A DNA stretch of 64,000 nucleotides, from the IMG/VR virus record IMGVR_UViG_3300031993_000018, positions 25,614-89,613 of that record; one strand, 5' to 3'. Below, in pieces: positions 33,221 to 44,849 of this stretch. The DNA comes from a virus. Taxonomy: Duplodnaviria > Heunggongvirae > Uroviricota > Caudoviricetes. The notes under the pieces were generated by a model. The model saw nothing but the letters and a program-made list of their open reading frames with translations, was not told where the DNA came from and searched no databases. The position numbers and the translations under genes are program-made. Numbering within the stretch: the stretch's first letter is position 1; each line of letters starts with the position of its first letter.

Positions 33221-33661
33221 ATGAAGAAAACAACAGCAGCAATAGTTATGATTGACAGAATGGGAAACATTCTGGGTTGTCATGGCACAAGTAAGCCTGA
33301 AAATACAGGATATGATTTTCCCAAGGGTTGTGTTGACGAAGGTGAAACAGACATCGCAGCTGCAATTAGGGAACTCAGAGAGGAGACAGGTCTTGTTGTA
33401 TCTGAATCTGATTTGATTGATGCAGGAACATATCCTCATAACAGGGAAAAGAATATTCACATCTTCATCTGCAAGATGAATGTATTACCTAATACAGCAA
33501 CCCTGAAATGTACATCCTATTTTGAAACGCCAGATGGAAAAAGACTTCCTGAAATGAATGGTTTCAAAATCATCTCCAAAGAGGAGAGAGGTATGTTCAA
33601 CAAGGTGTTGCAGAACAAATTTGATATTATAGACTCATACAATGAGAGAAAAGATTTATAA
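33221..33661 (+). CDS. Nudix hydrolase
   Basis: PKGCVDEGETDIAAAIRELREETG Nudix box. Confidence 0.92.
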   Translation: MKKTTAAIVMIDRMGNILGCHGTSKPENTGYDFPKGCVDEGETDIAAAIRELREETGLVVSESDLIDAGTYPHNREKNIHIFICKMNVLPNTATLKCTSYFETPDGKRLPEMNGFKIISKEERGMFNKVLQNKFDIIDSYNERKDL

Positions 33662-34625
33662 AATAACCCCAGATAATGGTTCAGAACCATACTATATGAT
33701 AGCGGTTAAGAAACACTGGTGGTCACCTTATGAACTACAACCACATTTCTGGAGATATGGAGATGATGGAAAAACATTGTATCTTTGTGAATATGCATCA
33801 GTAAATAGAGTATAAATTATGGAAGATTTTATCAAATCATTAAAGATCTTTGAGAAGTATTGTGATGACTATCACAAGCGGTATCCATTCTGTTGTGATC
33901 ATGACATCATCATATTCAATGGAGCTGGAAAAGATGATGTAAGTAAGGAAGATAAGGAAGAGTTGGAAAAACTTGGGTGGATACCTTTTGATGATTTTGG
34001 ATTTTGTTCACACAGATTTGGAAGTAACTGATATGAAGATTAAGGAGATATATAAGATATTCAGATTTTTGAGAAAGAGCAAATCCTGTCTCATTCTCAA
34101 GGATGATTTTCAACTTGGTTTCTTTGGTGAAACTGATGAGAAAATGATGAAGTTCAATGAAGAGATTTTAAAGATTTCAATCAAGAAATAATGGAACACA
34201 CTATTACAGAATTTAAGGAATGGCCGGAAGGTCTGGAAGTGAGTTACCATGACTGGGTGATAAAGACATCAAAGGAAGAGATTGCCAGGAAACTTGGGTT
34301 CAAACCTGTTTACAAGAGGGGACCAAAATGTACATACACCTGGAAGTGTAACCTTGACAATGGCAGATATTTCTTCACCATTTATGATATGTCATATGGT
34401 AGAAGACTTGGTAAGAATGACGTCACAGAATATCATATTGGATTTGATTGTACTTATGATGATGTACATCAGTTCTGGCCTAACAAGTTGGAGGCCTTGG
34501 ATATGTTGGAGGCCTTGGATGAGATTGGTCTGACACCTTGTCATTCTGACCTATGGACAAAATTACATGCCACAGGGGCACTCAAGAAAATAGAAGAACT
34601 AATCAGAAAGAATTTATGGAAGTAG
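33642..34625 (+). other. four small hypothetical CDS (33642-33815 missed by track, 33819-34031, ~34033-34191, 34191-34625)
   Basis: Packed + strand ORFs. Confidence 0.6.
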
Positions 34626-35122
34626 TACAAAGTTTCACAATTGATCACACAAACCTCAAACCTGGTATCTATATATCCAGGGAAGACCAGTGGTTCACAA
34701 CCTTTGACATAAGGATTACTGAACCCAATAAGGAACCGGCAATGGCACCGGCTGCCATACACAGTCTTGAACATCTGATGGCAACCTGGTTTAGGAACAA
34801 TGTTGACATCAAGGGAGATGTGGTCTATGTAGGACCTATGGGTTGTCTGACGGGAATGTATGTCATTATGTCAGGTGTTCCAGGTTCGTATACTGTTGAG
34901 GATATGAGAGAACTGGTGATTGAGTGTCTCAAATGGATCCTTGAACAGGATGAAGTACCGGCAACAACACCAGAGACCTGTGGAAACTATCTGCTCCATG
35001 ACCTGCCAATGTGCAAGTGGGAGTGTAGAAGGTATCTGTCAAGACTGATGACTGATTTCCACAGTGAGTATAAGAGACTTGATGTTACCCTCCCTGATGG
35101 AAGGAAATTTGCGGATGCATAA
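34616..35122 (+). CDS. luxS: S-ribosylhomocysteine lyase
   Basis: SFTIDH, HSLEH, GPMGCLTG, CGNY..HDL. Start moved to 34616. Confidence 0.93.
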   Translation: MEVVQSFTIDHTNLKPGIYISREDQWFTTFDIRITEPNKEPAMAPAAIHSLEHLMATWFRNNVDIKGDVVYVGPMGCLTGMYVIMSGVPGSYTVEDMRELVIECLKWILEQDEVPATTPETCGNYLLHDLPMCKWECRRYLSRLMTDFHSEYKRLDVTLPDGRKFADA

Positions 35123-35135
35123 AATTTAGAAGACA

Positions 35136-37102
35136 ATGATTAAGATATTACCTCTTGAAGAGAACAATGAAAATGTAAAACCATATTACAGGTTGGTAGT
35201 AACCCTTGGATATGGTGAACATTGTGATGACACTTTCACTCATTCCTGGATGGAAATTGATGATGAAAAGGCAATCAAGTATGACTCCCTTTCTGATGAA
35301 GAGATTGAGGATATGGATTTTATGGAATTACAGGAATTGTCTGATTACATAACCCAATATGAGGCAGAAAGTATTGTCAAGTTTGTCAATTCACTGTGGG
35401 AAAGAAAAAACAAGGATGGTTATAATGTAGATCATATAGTCCTGAATGACGGATGTGATTCATTCTGGTGGAAAGATCGGGCAGGAATGACAAACAAGGA
35501 ATATAAATGGTTTTCTGATATCTATCAGAAATATCAGAGTAATCTTTTCAATCCGGAAATAGAACACAACTGGTATGGTGTTGTTGGTGCCAAGATTGAA
35601 TATATTGACTGTCACAATAAGGTCCATAAATGTGAGGTTGTATAATGGAAAGGATTATCGCGGCCGCATATAAGGTCAAACCTGAATTCATCTGTAATGA
35701 TGGTGGTGTAAGAAAAACAACCATTCCGGAAAGAGATGACATCTACCAGTGCAGGATTGGAAGACACCATGCTGAAATCATCCACATCTGGGGTAAGGAA
35801 ATAGATCATGATACTGATGGTTTTTACACATCATATGGCAGATGGGTGGATAGGAAAGAGGCAGCCAGGATCGCCCTTGAAAGTGGACAGATAAAAAAGT
35901 GTCATTACTTTGGTGGTGAAGAACTTGACAGTAGTGATATCTTTGATTTGGATTATGATGGAAATATGTTATGAAACATATTCCAAAGAAGTATAAATTA
36001 ATTTAAATAATATATGGGTTGTTTTAATCATAAATGTAACTTTTCACAGTTACCTGTTAAGTATGGTGATAGAATAGTTGTAGTCCTTGGGGTAAAACCA
36101 ATTGGACCTGCAGAGCATATGATGGATATTGACAATTTTTCTCCTGGTAATTCATTCACTCCTATATCTGTACCTATCAGAGGTGAATATAATGACTATG
36201 GAGGAATACAGAATGTAGATATGACTCCTGGTATTGAAGTACTTGAGAACTACTTTGATATGGGAATTGAAGAGATTGTTGATATTGCCGAGCGTGTAAC
36301 TTGTGGTTGTAAAAATCAAGAAGAAGATACTTATAAGAAGATAAAAGATATTCTTACTGATAAGAAGTTAAGTTTTTTATATAAAAATGTTGAACTTACT
36401 TACATCATGGAGCATGAGGATATCTTTGATGATATGATAAATAGAAGCAATCTTGCTTATAAGAACAGATATTTCTGGAGAATACCCCATGAATTTCTTA
36501 ATGATATAGGTTATATTGAAAATAATCTTGGTAAGAATAATAACAATTATGATATTATAGAGTGGACTCATCCTACTTTACCGAAGTTAAAGGAAGAGTG
36601 TTACATATATAGGACAGAGGATGTTGGTGATTATAACAAGGTTTGTAATACTATTGAAGAGTTTGCCAAATATATCGGTGCTGAAATTCCTGAAAAGTAT
36701 AACAGATCATATTATGAATGCCGTTTTATTGAAGACATAAAAACAATGTCTGATGAATCTCTTAGCAGAATTGATAAACGCCTTAGAGCTTATGAAAATA
36801 GACACTATTCATTTCTTAAATTTGCTGAATATGGTTTATTTCATCAAGGAGAACATACTGGTATATTTAGTTATCTTCTTTGTTCATTTGGAAATAATGA
36901 TGAACATATGCAGGAAAAATTCATGAAGGAAGTAATTGAGATTGCTTTACTTTATGATGCATTGAGACTGATGGAGATGACTTGGGGAAATACTAGTTAT
37001 TACCGTCAAGACATCAGTTATGAACCTCATATTGAATTCCTCAAGAAATGCTTGGAAGTTGCTGAAAGCAAAAGAAAAGAATATGATTATGTAGAGGAAT
37101 GA
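35136..37102 (+). other. three hypothetical CDS (35136-35645, 35645-35974, 36014-37102)
   Basis: ORF track. Confidence 0.7.
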
Positions 37103-37116
37103 TTTTATAAATTCAA

Positions 37117-37554
37117 ATGATGAAACTGATTGAGTTTGGATCCAGGTACTCATTCTATGATTGGTTCTGGAGAGGTAAAAGGAGTGACAACTACCCATTG
37201 ATTGAACTCAATTACAGACACTGTTGGGAAGAGGACACTCATATCTATCGGGCAACTGAGAATGGAAAGGATGTTGGAATCATCTTCATCTCCTGCTGTA
37301 ATCCAGGAGAGATGTGGATTGATTTGTTTGAGATAAGGGAAGGTTATTGTAACAAAGGTCTTGGTACAGAGATGTTCAAACTCCTTATTGAAAAACATAA
37401 ACCGGAATACATAAAACTCCAGTGTGTTGAGGAAAGGGATGATGAAGCATTGTCATTCTGGAGAAAGATGGGATTCCATAAAAAGAGGAATAGTGGTTAT
37501 TATGATAATCTGATGTATAAGAACATTAGTAAAAAGTATTGGAAAAATGTTTAA
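37117..37554 (+). CDS. GNAT-family acetyltransferase
   Basis: FEIREGYCNKGLGTEMF and ALSFWRKMGF. Confidence 0.8.
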   Translation: MMKLIEFGSRYSFYDWFWRGKRSDNYPLIELNYRHCWEEDTHIYRATENGKDVGIIFISCCNPGEMWIDLFEIREGYCNKGLGTEMFKLLIEKHKPEYIKLQCVEERDDEALSFWRKMGFHKKRNSGYYDNLMYKNISKKYWKNV

Positions 37555-40500
37555 CCCATTGTTGTTTCAAGGTTTATATTATCTTGTAAAGAGTCGTTGT
37601 GAGAGTGAGAAGGAACATGTTCCTGATTGCTGTGAAGACTGTAAACACTTCAGAGGAATGAAAAGGAAGTGTAGGAAGGGTTGGTATCCTGATGAGAAGG
37701 ATTATTTCTGTTGTGACCAGGAGGATGACTTCAACTGTGATGAGGATTTTGATTATGATGATGAAGACATTGACTGGGATAATGAATATGATGATGAATA
37801 TTGATTATGAAACAAGAAGATAAAGAACTTTTATTAAAAGACCTCTGTGCAAGGTTACCTTATGGTTTTGTTATCCATAGGGAATCAGATAACAGTGACA
37901 TAAAAATCAATGACATTGATGAGTTTGCCCATTTCCTTGAGTATTCTGATGGTGAAGAGTTCAAACCCTATCTTCGCCCTATGTCTTCAATGACTGATGA
38001 AGAAAAGAAGGAAATAAATGAATATATACATTCAATAGAGGGACAACTGATAGGATTTGGTGGTAAGATTATCTGGTTGACTGATTACTATCTGTCACAT
38101 CATATAGATTTCAGAGGTATGATAAAGAAAGATATTGCTCTTGAGGCTCTTGAGAATATGTATAAAACTGAATAATTATGACAGAAGAAATAAAAAAGTT
38201 GGTGCTAAAAGACCTTTCTGCAAGGGTGCCTTATGGAGTTAAAGTTTGGTATCCTAATGGTTTTGGAGCCATTTCTACTGTTAGAGGAATAGTAGATGAT
38301 ATTTGTTACTTTAATGAAAATCCAACATATGGTAATTTTTGCCATATTGAGCAGGTTAAACCATATCTCCGCCCTTTGTCATCTATGACAGAGGAAGAGA
38401 AAGAAGACTTGAAGCAAGAGCATATTAAAGATGAAAAGATTTATATTGAAGTTATAATGAAAGCTGCAAATGGAGATTCCTCCATGAGAGGTAAAGCAAT
38501 CCCACATTTTGCAGCAGATTGGTGCAATAAATATCAATTTGACTACAGGGGGTTAATTCCTATGGGTTTGGCTCTTGAAGCAACTGAAGGTATGTATAAC
38601 AAAAAGGAAAAGTAATATGGACGAAATATTTGAAAAGGCACTTGAATGGTATATGTCAGGCAACCTTGAACGAAAAAAGATGGCCTGTGAACTCTTTCCT
38701 GAAATCCAACTCAAGGATAGGATGGAAAAATATGAGGAGGAAAAGAGGATAAAGAGAGAGAAAGAAAGAGAGGAACAACTTCAAAAGAACCTTGAAAGAT
38801 GTAAGGAACTCTTTCCGATAGGAACACCTGTATGGAGTGATGATGGAACAGACAACTGCCCCAATATCATTGTCAGTGAACCATACATTGAAGAAACCAA
38901 ATACCGTGAACCTTATGGTGCCTATGACCTTTTATACAAAGGACCAAAGAAATCAATCTTTGCAAAGACCATAAGAGTTTTACATAATGAACCTCTTGAG
39001 GGACGCTGGAAAAACAGTGTTGTCTGTCTTGAAAAGTGTCTTTATGCAATGGACAGTGAAAGTCCATATTGTCACAGGGAACATATCATTGACTTTGAGG
39101 ACTTCTACAAGAAGCAGAATGAAGAGAGAACAAACAGGATAAAAAGACTCAAAGAGAACATTGAAAGAGTTGAAAAGGATCTCAGTCAATACAAGGATGA
39201 ACTTGAGGATTTTGAGAAATACAATCCACTTGATTTCAATCAGGAATTTATAAACAAAATAGTTAAAGATTATGCTTAAATATTCAGAACATCTTCCGGT
39301 TAATTTATCAAAGGAACTCAAAGAATATGGTTGTACTTTATTTCTTCCAACCTATTCTGAAGTATTCGAGTGGTTTGCATCAGAGAAGGGTATCATAATA
39401 ACACTTGAACCTTTCTTCACAATGGCCTTGGGTGGTCATACAGCATACACCTGGAAAGTATCTTATCCTCATGGGAAACTGCCGGTTATGGTAAGTATCA
39501 CAGAAATGGAAAAGTGGAAAGAGGGATCATTGGGTGGTTCATTCTGCCCCACTGCTGATGCTGCGATTGAATTTGCGATGACCCTGGGTGACAGAAGATT
39601 TAAATATATAGAGGTTGATATAAATACCTTATAAAGAAAACAAAACAACTATGACAAGAGTTGAGATCAACAAGAAGATAAAGGAATATATAATCTCATT
39701 ACACAATATCCTTCATGGAAATGAGAAACCTGTCTATGTGGATATTATGGATTGGCCATACACTGTTCCCATTAATGTAATTGTCGGCAGCGGAAACATG
39801 GAAACCCATTCGGCAAAGATGTTGAAGGTGGTGAACAAGTCAGCAATCTGTGTTGATGATGAGTATGTGGAGATACCTGTAAAGGATCTCACCAAAATTG
39901 AGGCAAAAGACCTTTATATTATGCTCAAACAATGTTATGATGAACTTGGTGGTGAATCTGATTCAATTTAATTTATTATGACAGCAATAGAAGCACTTGA
40001 AGAGCTTGAAGAATATATCAAGAACAAGAGAGATGCAGTGTATTCTGAAATGGGATATGCCAATGAACACAAATTCAAGATGGAATGGCAGGCACTCCAA
40101 TACAAATCAGAGGTATATAATGATATAAACGGTAAAATCCTGGTGATGTTACACAAACTATACAATAAGGAAGAATGAAGACATATATTATAGTATATCA
40201 ACTCAGGGATTATTCCAATGTGGATTATATGCCATTCTATGATGCAATAAAGACCAACTACCCAAACAGGTGGAATCATTTTGTAGAGGATGGTTGGTTT
40301 GTCAAGACAGATGATACTGCTGAACAGATATATGACAAGATAAGACCTTTCATGCAAAAGACCGATTCATTGTTTGTCAGTGAGATTACTGATGATTTCA
40401 AAGGATGGTTGGCAGTAAGTGTCTGGCCCTGGTTAAGAGATAAGGAAGATGGGAAAGAATAAACCAACATTTGACGGGTTTGGCTGGGATGGAAAACCCA

Positions 40501-40929
40501 CAGGACACAAATGTGCGATATGCATACACCAGGATGAAGAATGTCCACATCAGGGATTCTTCGGTGAAGGTGCATTTCTGATTTGTAATTATGATTTAGA
40601 AAAGTGTTTAAAAGATGGAAATAATTAAAGATTTGAGACCAAGTACACACCTGTACAAGTTCATTCACCACAACTGCTGCGAATTTACCGCAACAGGAAA
40701 TGAGTTCAAATGGGTAACAGGTCAGTACAATGAGACAATGGCAGATGTAATATGTCCGCAGTGTGGAAAACAGTTTTATTATAATCCTGAGGAGATAACA
40801 AATGAATCAACTGACTCATTTTCTGGTTGGCCAAATTTCACCAACTGTCCCAGGAACTGTAAGACCTGTTATGCAAAATGTATGTACAGGAAAGAACCTT
40901 ATGTTGAATCTGTAATAGTAAACAAATAA
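37547..40929 (+). other. run of about ten small hypothetical CDS, including the paralog pair 37801-38175 / 38178-38615 and a missed ORF at 40449-40628
   Basis: The pair shares LKDL.AR.PYG...KPYLRP.SSMT.EEK...D.RG.I...ALEA.E.MY. Confidence 0.7.
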
Positions 40930-41696
40930 TGAAAGTTTTAGGAAGATATGTACACGGATCCCAGGATAGCCTGGATGTTGATGTATATTACTGGGTGGAT
41001 GAAATGCCTTCTACAATCCAGGAGTGTAAGGAATGGTGTGAAAAGAAAGAGGGTGAGAATGCCAACCTCTTTACAGTAAAGCAGAACTTTACTATGGAGA
41101 GAGTGGAGTCTTACATTGACAAGGTGTATAAGGGTTCACCTGATGAAGTGAACAATTCATTGATTAGGACATATTATCTTCATCCCCAGGAAAACCCATT
41201 ACCCCAAGGATTAGAGTATGTCAAGAGAGACAACATAATCAAGTATATAAGAGCAGTGAGGATAATTCTCAGTCATTTGTCAAAGTCCCCATACAGGGAA
41301 AACATAAAGCATGCCCTCAACTTTGGAGACTGGGATGAAAGACTCAATACTCTTGAGGATGTTCCGATTGGAGGACTTGACTTTTCAAGACTCAATCCCA
41401 AGATGACTCCAGAGGATATCAAGAAGGTGATGGCTTTCCAGATTGGTCAGTCAATAGGTCTGATGGATGGAAGGGAATACTACACCAAGTCTGAAATAGC
41501 GGAGGCATACCCTGTGTTGAGACAGTTCCTCTACCGCGAACAGGACAGCAACACCTATGAACTCCAGGCAATGGTTACATACTTTATCAAGAGGTTAAGA
41601 GAAGAAGTTAGTGAGAAAATCATATATATGAATGACTTTGATATAACCTTCATAGATGGTAAGTATAATATAAAGGATGAGAAGAGAATTTGGTGA
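40929..41696 (+). CDS. putative pol-beta-fold nucleotidyltransferase
   Basis: N-terminal HGSQDSLDVDV resembles the GS-x-D-x-D signature. Confidence 0.45.
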   Translation: MKVLGRYVHGSQDSLDVDVYYWVDEMPSTIQECKEWCEKKEGENANLFTVKQNFTMERVESYIDKVYKGSPDEVNNSLIRTYYLHPQENPLPQGLEYVKRDNIIKYIRAVRIILSHLSKSPYRENIKHALNFGDWDERLNTLEDVPIGGLDFSRLNPKMTPEDIKKVMAFQIGQSIGLMDGREYYTKSEIAEAYPVLRQFLYREQDSNTYELQAMVTYFIKRLREEVSEKIIYMNDFDITFIDGKYNIKDEKRIW

Positions 41697-41756
41697 TTTT
41701 TTTGTTATATTTAATATTGAAAAATAATTTTCATAAATACTTTACATAAATATAGT

Positions 41757-41898
41757 ATGATGACACTCAATAATAACATATCAGATAGGAGATCCGATTT
41801 AAATAAATGGGATCCATCAGGTGTGTGTTGAAGTGTCAAACTATAAAATCATCCAATATATCTCTCAACCACACCTTTGAAAAAAGATGTGGTTTTTT
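41757..41898 (+). promoter_or_regulatory. leader peptide (41757-41831, MMTLNNNISDRRSDLNKWDPSGVC) with antiterminator/terminator
   Basis: AGGTGTGTGTTGA at the ORF end pairs with TCAACCACACCT, which is also the 5' arm of the terminator at 41867-41898. Confidence 0.65.
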
Positions 41899-41909
41899 AT
41901 TTGAAATAA

Positions 41910-41941
41910 TTTGGATAATTCAAAAAAAGTTGTTATCTTTG
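41910..41941 (+). promoter_or_regulatory. sigma-A promoter of the first tRNA operon
   Basis: TTTG-N20-TATCTTTG. Confidence 0.8.
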
Positions 41942-42082
41942 TAGTGTTGAAAGTTCAATACCAGTTAAGTATCAGTATCGAGGGTTGTAGGCCAATACTT
42001 AACTAGCACCAACTGACAGTGTGTGGAATATGTAGCAATGTGGCTATACTGATACTCTGGTTTTGAATTAATTATTAGGTTA

Positions 42083-42155
42083 GGCTCCGTAGCTCAGTTG
42101 GTAGAGCACGGCACTTTTAATGCCGGGGTCACGGGTTCGAGCCCCGTCGGAGTCA
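42083..42155 (+). tRNA. tRNA-Lys(TTT)
   Basis: Full cloverleaf, loop CTTTTAA. Confidence 0.95.
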
Positions 42156-42313
42156 CAAAAAAGTTCTGGGTGGGACCGGATAACCTTGCAAGGGTTATTG
42201 ATGATTATACTATATGTACTGATGGGTTAGTCCAGACTTAAAATCCACAAAGGCAATTGTACATAGTCCTGAAGTGGTTGAGGAGAGGTGCTTGCAATAC
42301 TCTCACCAAAAGG

Positions 42314-42389
42314 AATATCATAGCTCAGTTGGTTAGAGCACCCACAGACTGTAATTGGGAGGTCAGAGGTTCGAGTCCCCTTGATGTTA
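42314..42389 (+). tRNA. atypical tRNA with 9-nt anticodon loop (AGACTGTAA)
   Basis: Normal acceptor, D and T arms; enlarged loop, identity unclear. Confidence 0.55.
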
Positions 42390-42407
42390 CAAATTAGTTC
42401 TTTGAAA

Positions 42408-42742
42408 TATTTGTCTCAATGATGGTTATTTCTGCTTGTGTTTAGAGTTCCCGTCAGCAAACCTCAAAAGGATTAAATGTGGATTTCCACTATGTCCCGG
42501 TAATAACGCTGATAGCAGAATTAACAATCCCTATCTGGTGAAGACTGAAGATAAGGTGCTAAGCCCTGTAAAGATGAAAAATCACTATCTATGTCAATCC
42601 AGGACACTGTTTGTTTAAGATAGTGTATTGAAATATAGAGGGTAGTCCAAACAGGTTAGGATGCGAAGTTTAAGTAACATTACTATGGACGTAGAACACT
42701 TCTCTATTCTTGCAAGATTTCAATGAGGGATTGAGACAAATA
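42408..42742 (+). ncRNA. unidentified ~335-nt structured RNA
   Basis: Perfect 13-bp terminal helix TATTTGTCTCAAT/ATTGAGACAAATA, directly after a boxA-like motif and before tRNA-Asn. Confidence 0.6.
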
Positions 42743-42746
42743 ACAT

Positions 42747-42820
42747 TGGGATGTAGCTATAATGGTTAGAGCAACTGGCCGTTAACCAGAAGGTTGCAGG
42801 TTCGAGTCCTGTCATCCCAG
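42747..42820 (+). tRNA. tRNA-Asn(GTT), C33 variant
   Basis: Cloverleaf, loop CCGTTAA, G73. Confidence 0.9.
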
Positions 42821-42828
42821 CAAAAGAT

Positions 42829-42913
42829 ACCCCAATGGTGGAATGGTAGGCACGTCAGATTTAAGATCTGATGACCCGTAAGGGTCGTGTGGGTTCGAGT
42901 CCCACTTGGGGTA
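42829..42913 (+). tRNA. tRNA-Leu(TAA)
   Basis: Class II cloverleaf, loop TTTAAGA. Confidence 0.95.
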
Positions 42914-43030
42914 CACACCACGAACACAATGATGCAGCGTGGGTTCGGCATACTAGCTGCCGGGGTGTCTTTGACATCATAGAATTGGTGCGTCATCGGC
43001 CAGGTGACCCGAGTGGAAGACTGGCAAATA

Positions 43031-43104
43031 GGGCCTTTAGCTCAGTTGGTCAGAGCAACTGACTCATAATCAGGAGGTCCCAGGTTCAAGCCCTGGAAGG
43101 CCCA
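43031..43104 (+). tRNA. tRNA-Ile2/Met(CAT)
   Basis: Cloverleaf, loop CTCATAA, GGGCCTT acceptor (Ile2-like). Confidence 0.9.
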
Positions 43105-43195
43105 CAAATATTAAAGAAAGAATTTATGACACAGATGCTTAAACAGAAACAGGTATAGTCTGACCTCATTCAGTTATGAGGTCTCAAATGATTAT

Positions 43196-43267
43196 GGCCT
43201 TGTAGCTGAGTGGTAAAGCACCTGTCCTTTAAACAGGGGATCGTGGGTTCAATCCCCACCTGGGCCA
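43196..43267 (+). tRNA. tRNA-Lys(TTT), C33 variant
   Basis: Loop CCTTTAA; body similar to tRNA-Lys(CTT) at 51264. Confidence 0.8.
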
Positions 43268-43277
43268 CAAAACATAT

Positions 43278-43349
43278 GCCTCCATAGTTCAACGGATAGA
43301 ACGGAAGTTTCCTAAACTTTTGATATGGGTTCGATTCCCGTTGGAGGTA
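43278..43349 (+). tRNA. tRNA-Arg(CCT)
   Basis: Loop TTCCTAA. Confidence 0.9.
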
Positions 43350-43355
43350 CAAAGA

Positions 43356-43539
43356 TAAATAGCACCCATACAAAGATCTATATGGGTAAAGACAACTGGA
43401 CACGCCAAAGACTACGTGCCTTCTGGGATCGACACTCCGGAGTTATGTCACCCACCTGAGCGGCGGAACTGGTCTGGGTAACCAGGGTTTAATCTGAAGG
43501 GAAACCCCAGAGGAAGAGATGTCCGGATTGTGCTATTTA
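43356..43539 (+). ncRNA. unidentified ~184-nt structured RNA
   Basis: Perfect 10-bp terminal helix TAAATAGCAC/GTGCTATTTA, GC-rich interior. Confidence 0.55.
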
Positions 43540-43732
43540 ATAAAACGTTTAGGAATAGAGGTAGTTTTCCAGCGGGAATTAAGGATCACTGCTCGACATT
43601 AAGTTGTGAGTAAGATTGCCACCGGGTAACCAAACCTGGGTCGCCAGTAAGAAAGGTGGGTATGGTCGTCCCACCGAGTATGAACGCGGGCATAAAGACA
43701 GAACACTATAACCCTAAATATGAGACCAATAT

Positions 43733-43805
43733 GGTCTGGTAGCTCAATGGATAGAGCAACAGCCTTCTAAGCTGTGGGTTCTGGGTTCGAGTCCCAGCCG
43801 GATCA
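43733..43805 (+). tRNA. tRNA-Arg(TCT)
   Basis: Loop CTTCTAA. Confidence 0.95.
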
Positions 43806-43968
43806 CTTAAGGGATGATAGTCCACCTCCCTTAACATAGGATGATATGTTAGAAGAAATTACTGTGGACAACAAAACCAAAGCCAGACTGCAAATGGTGA
43901 AGGTTGGCGTTCTGAATATGAACAATTGGATTTTGCAGTGTTCAGTTGGGATTTGAAGGTTCGTAAAA

Positions 43969-44038
43969 TGCTTGTTGGTGTAGTGGTTAGCATTCCCCCA
44001 CCCGGGGGCGACGCTCGGTTCGAATCCGGCACAGGAGA
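43969..44038 (+). ncRNA. tRNA-like RNA with a 4-nt anticodon loop
   Basis: D arm GTG-TAGTGGTTAG-CAT, CCCCC-ACCC-GGGGG hairpin, GGTTCGAATCC T loop. Confidence 0.55.
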
Positions 44039-44059
44039 CTAAGTTATAATAATTAAGGA

Positions 44060-44371
44060 ATGGAACAGAAACCAAGAATTAAGTGGAAGAACTTCAAGAT
44101 CTGGATTAAGGACCAGTTGAAGAGGAAGACCTGGTTCAGGAATTTCTTCATTACAGGAAATGCCTGGGGTGGATTCAGTATCAACTCACACATCAACCAG
44201 CATACAGGTCAACCGAAGATAACCTACAACCATTTTGAATCCGCAAAGAAAGCGGCAGACAAGATGAGTCAGAAACATGGTACACATTTCAGTGTTTACA
44301 AGTGTCTCTATTGTGACGGTTATCACATAGGAAAGAACAGGGAGAATAAGACGGATTATGACAAAAAATAA
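44060..44371 (+). CDS. hypothetical protein
   Basis: C-terminal VYKCLYCDGYHIG (CxxC..H). Confidence 0.75.
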   Translation: MEQKPRIKWKNFKIWIKDQLKRKTWFRNFFITGNAWGGFSINSHINQHTGQPKITYNHFESAKKAADKMSQKHGTHFSVYKCLYCDGYHIGKNRENKTDYDKK

Positions 44372-44376
44372 AAATT

Positions 44377-44838
44377 ATGAGTAAGTTAGAGAACAAGATC
44401 CAGGAGGATATGGTTGAGGCAATGAAGAACAAGAATGAGTTTGTACGTGATACACTCAGGATTGTCAAGAGTGAGATAGGTGTCTTCAAGACCAGTGAGA
44501 AGTTCATCAAGAGAAATACTGAAATCACAGATGATGATATTCAGGGTATCCTTGAAGAGATGGTCAAGAGGAACAGAAAGAACATTGACACAGCGAAGGC
44601 CGCAAACCGTGATGACATAGTAAAGAAGAATGAGGATGAGATTTCAGTCTTTGAGAGTTATCTCCCAAAGAAGATGACTGAATCAGAGATAGAGGAGGTT
44701 GTTGTGAAGACCATCCAGGACCTGGGTGCAACATCAATGAAGGATATGGGAAAGGTAATGGGTTTCATCACCAAGACATATGCCGGAAAGGTGGATGGTT
44801 CAGTTGTTTCAAAAATTGTGAAGTCTAAACTTGGTTAA
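44377..44838 (+). CDS. yqeY: GatB/YqeY domain protein
   Basis: AMKNK...RDTLR.VKSEI, E.I.V.ESYLP..MTE.EI, MKDMGKVMG. Confidence 0.9.
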   Translation: MSKLENKIQEDMVEAMKNKNEFVRDTLRIVKSEIGVFKTSEKFIKRNTEITDDDIQGILEEMVKRNRKNIDTAKAANRDDIVKKNEDEISVFESYLPKKMTESEIEEVVVKTIQDLGATSMKDMGKVMGFITKTYAGKVDGSVVSKIVKSKLG

Positions 44839-44849
44839 TATAAAGAATT

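Noticed and set aside
33752-33788. Sigma-A-like TATCTTTG at ~33780
   Set aside because: It lies inside a small ORF (33642-33815) and lacks the -33 TTTG at 20-nt spacing.
42408-42742. Group I intron or RNase P RNA
   Set aside because: Only a weak GACTG/TAGTC P7-like hint, no host exons, and no GAGGAAAGTCC P4 motif.
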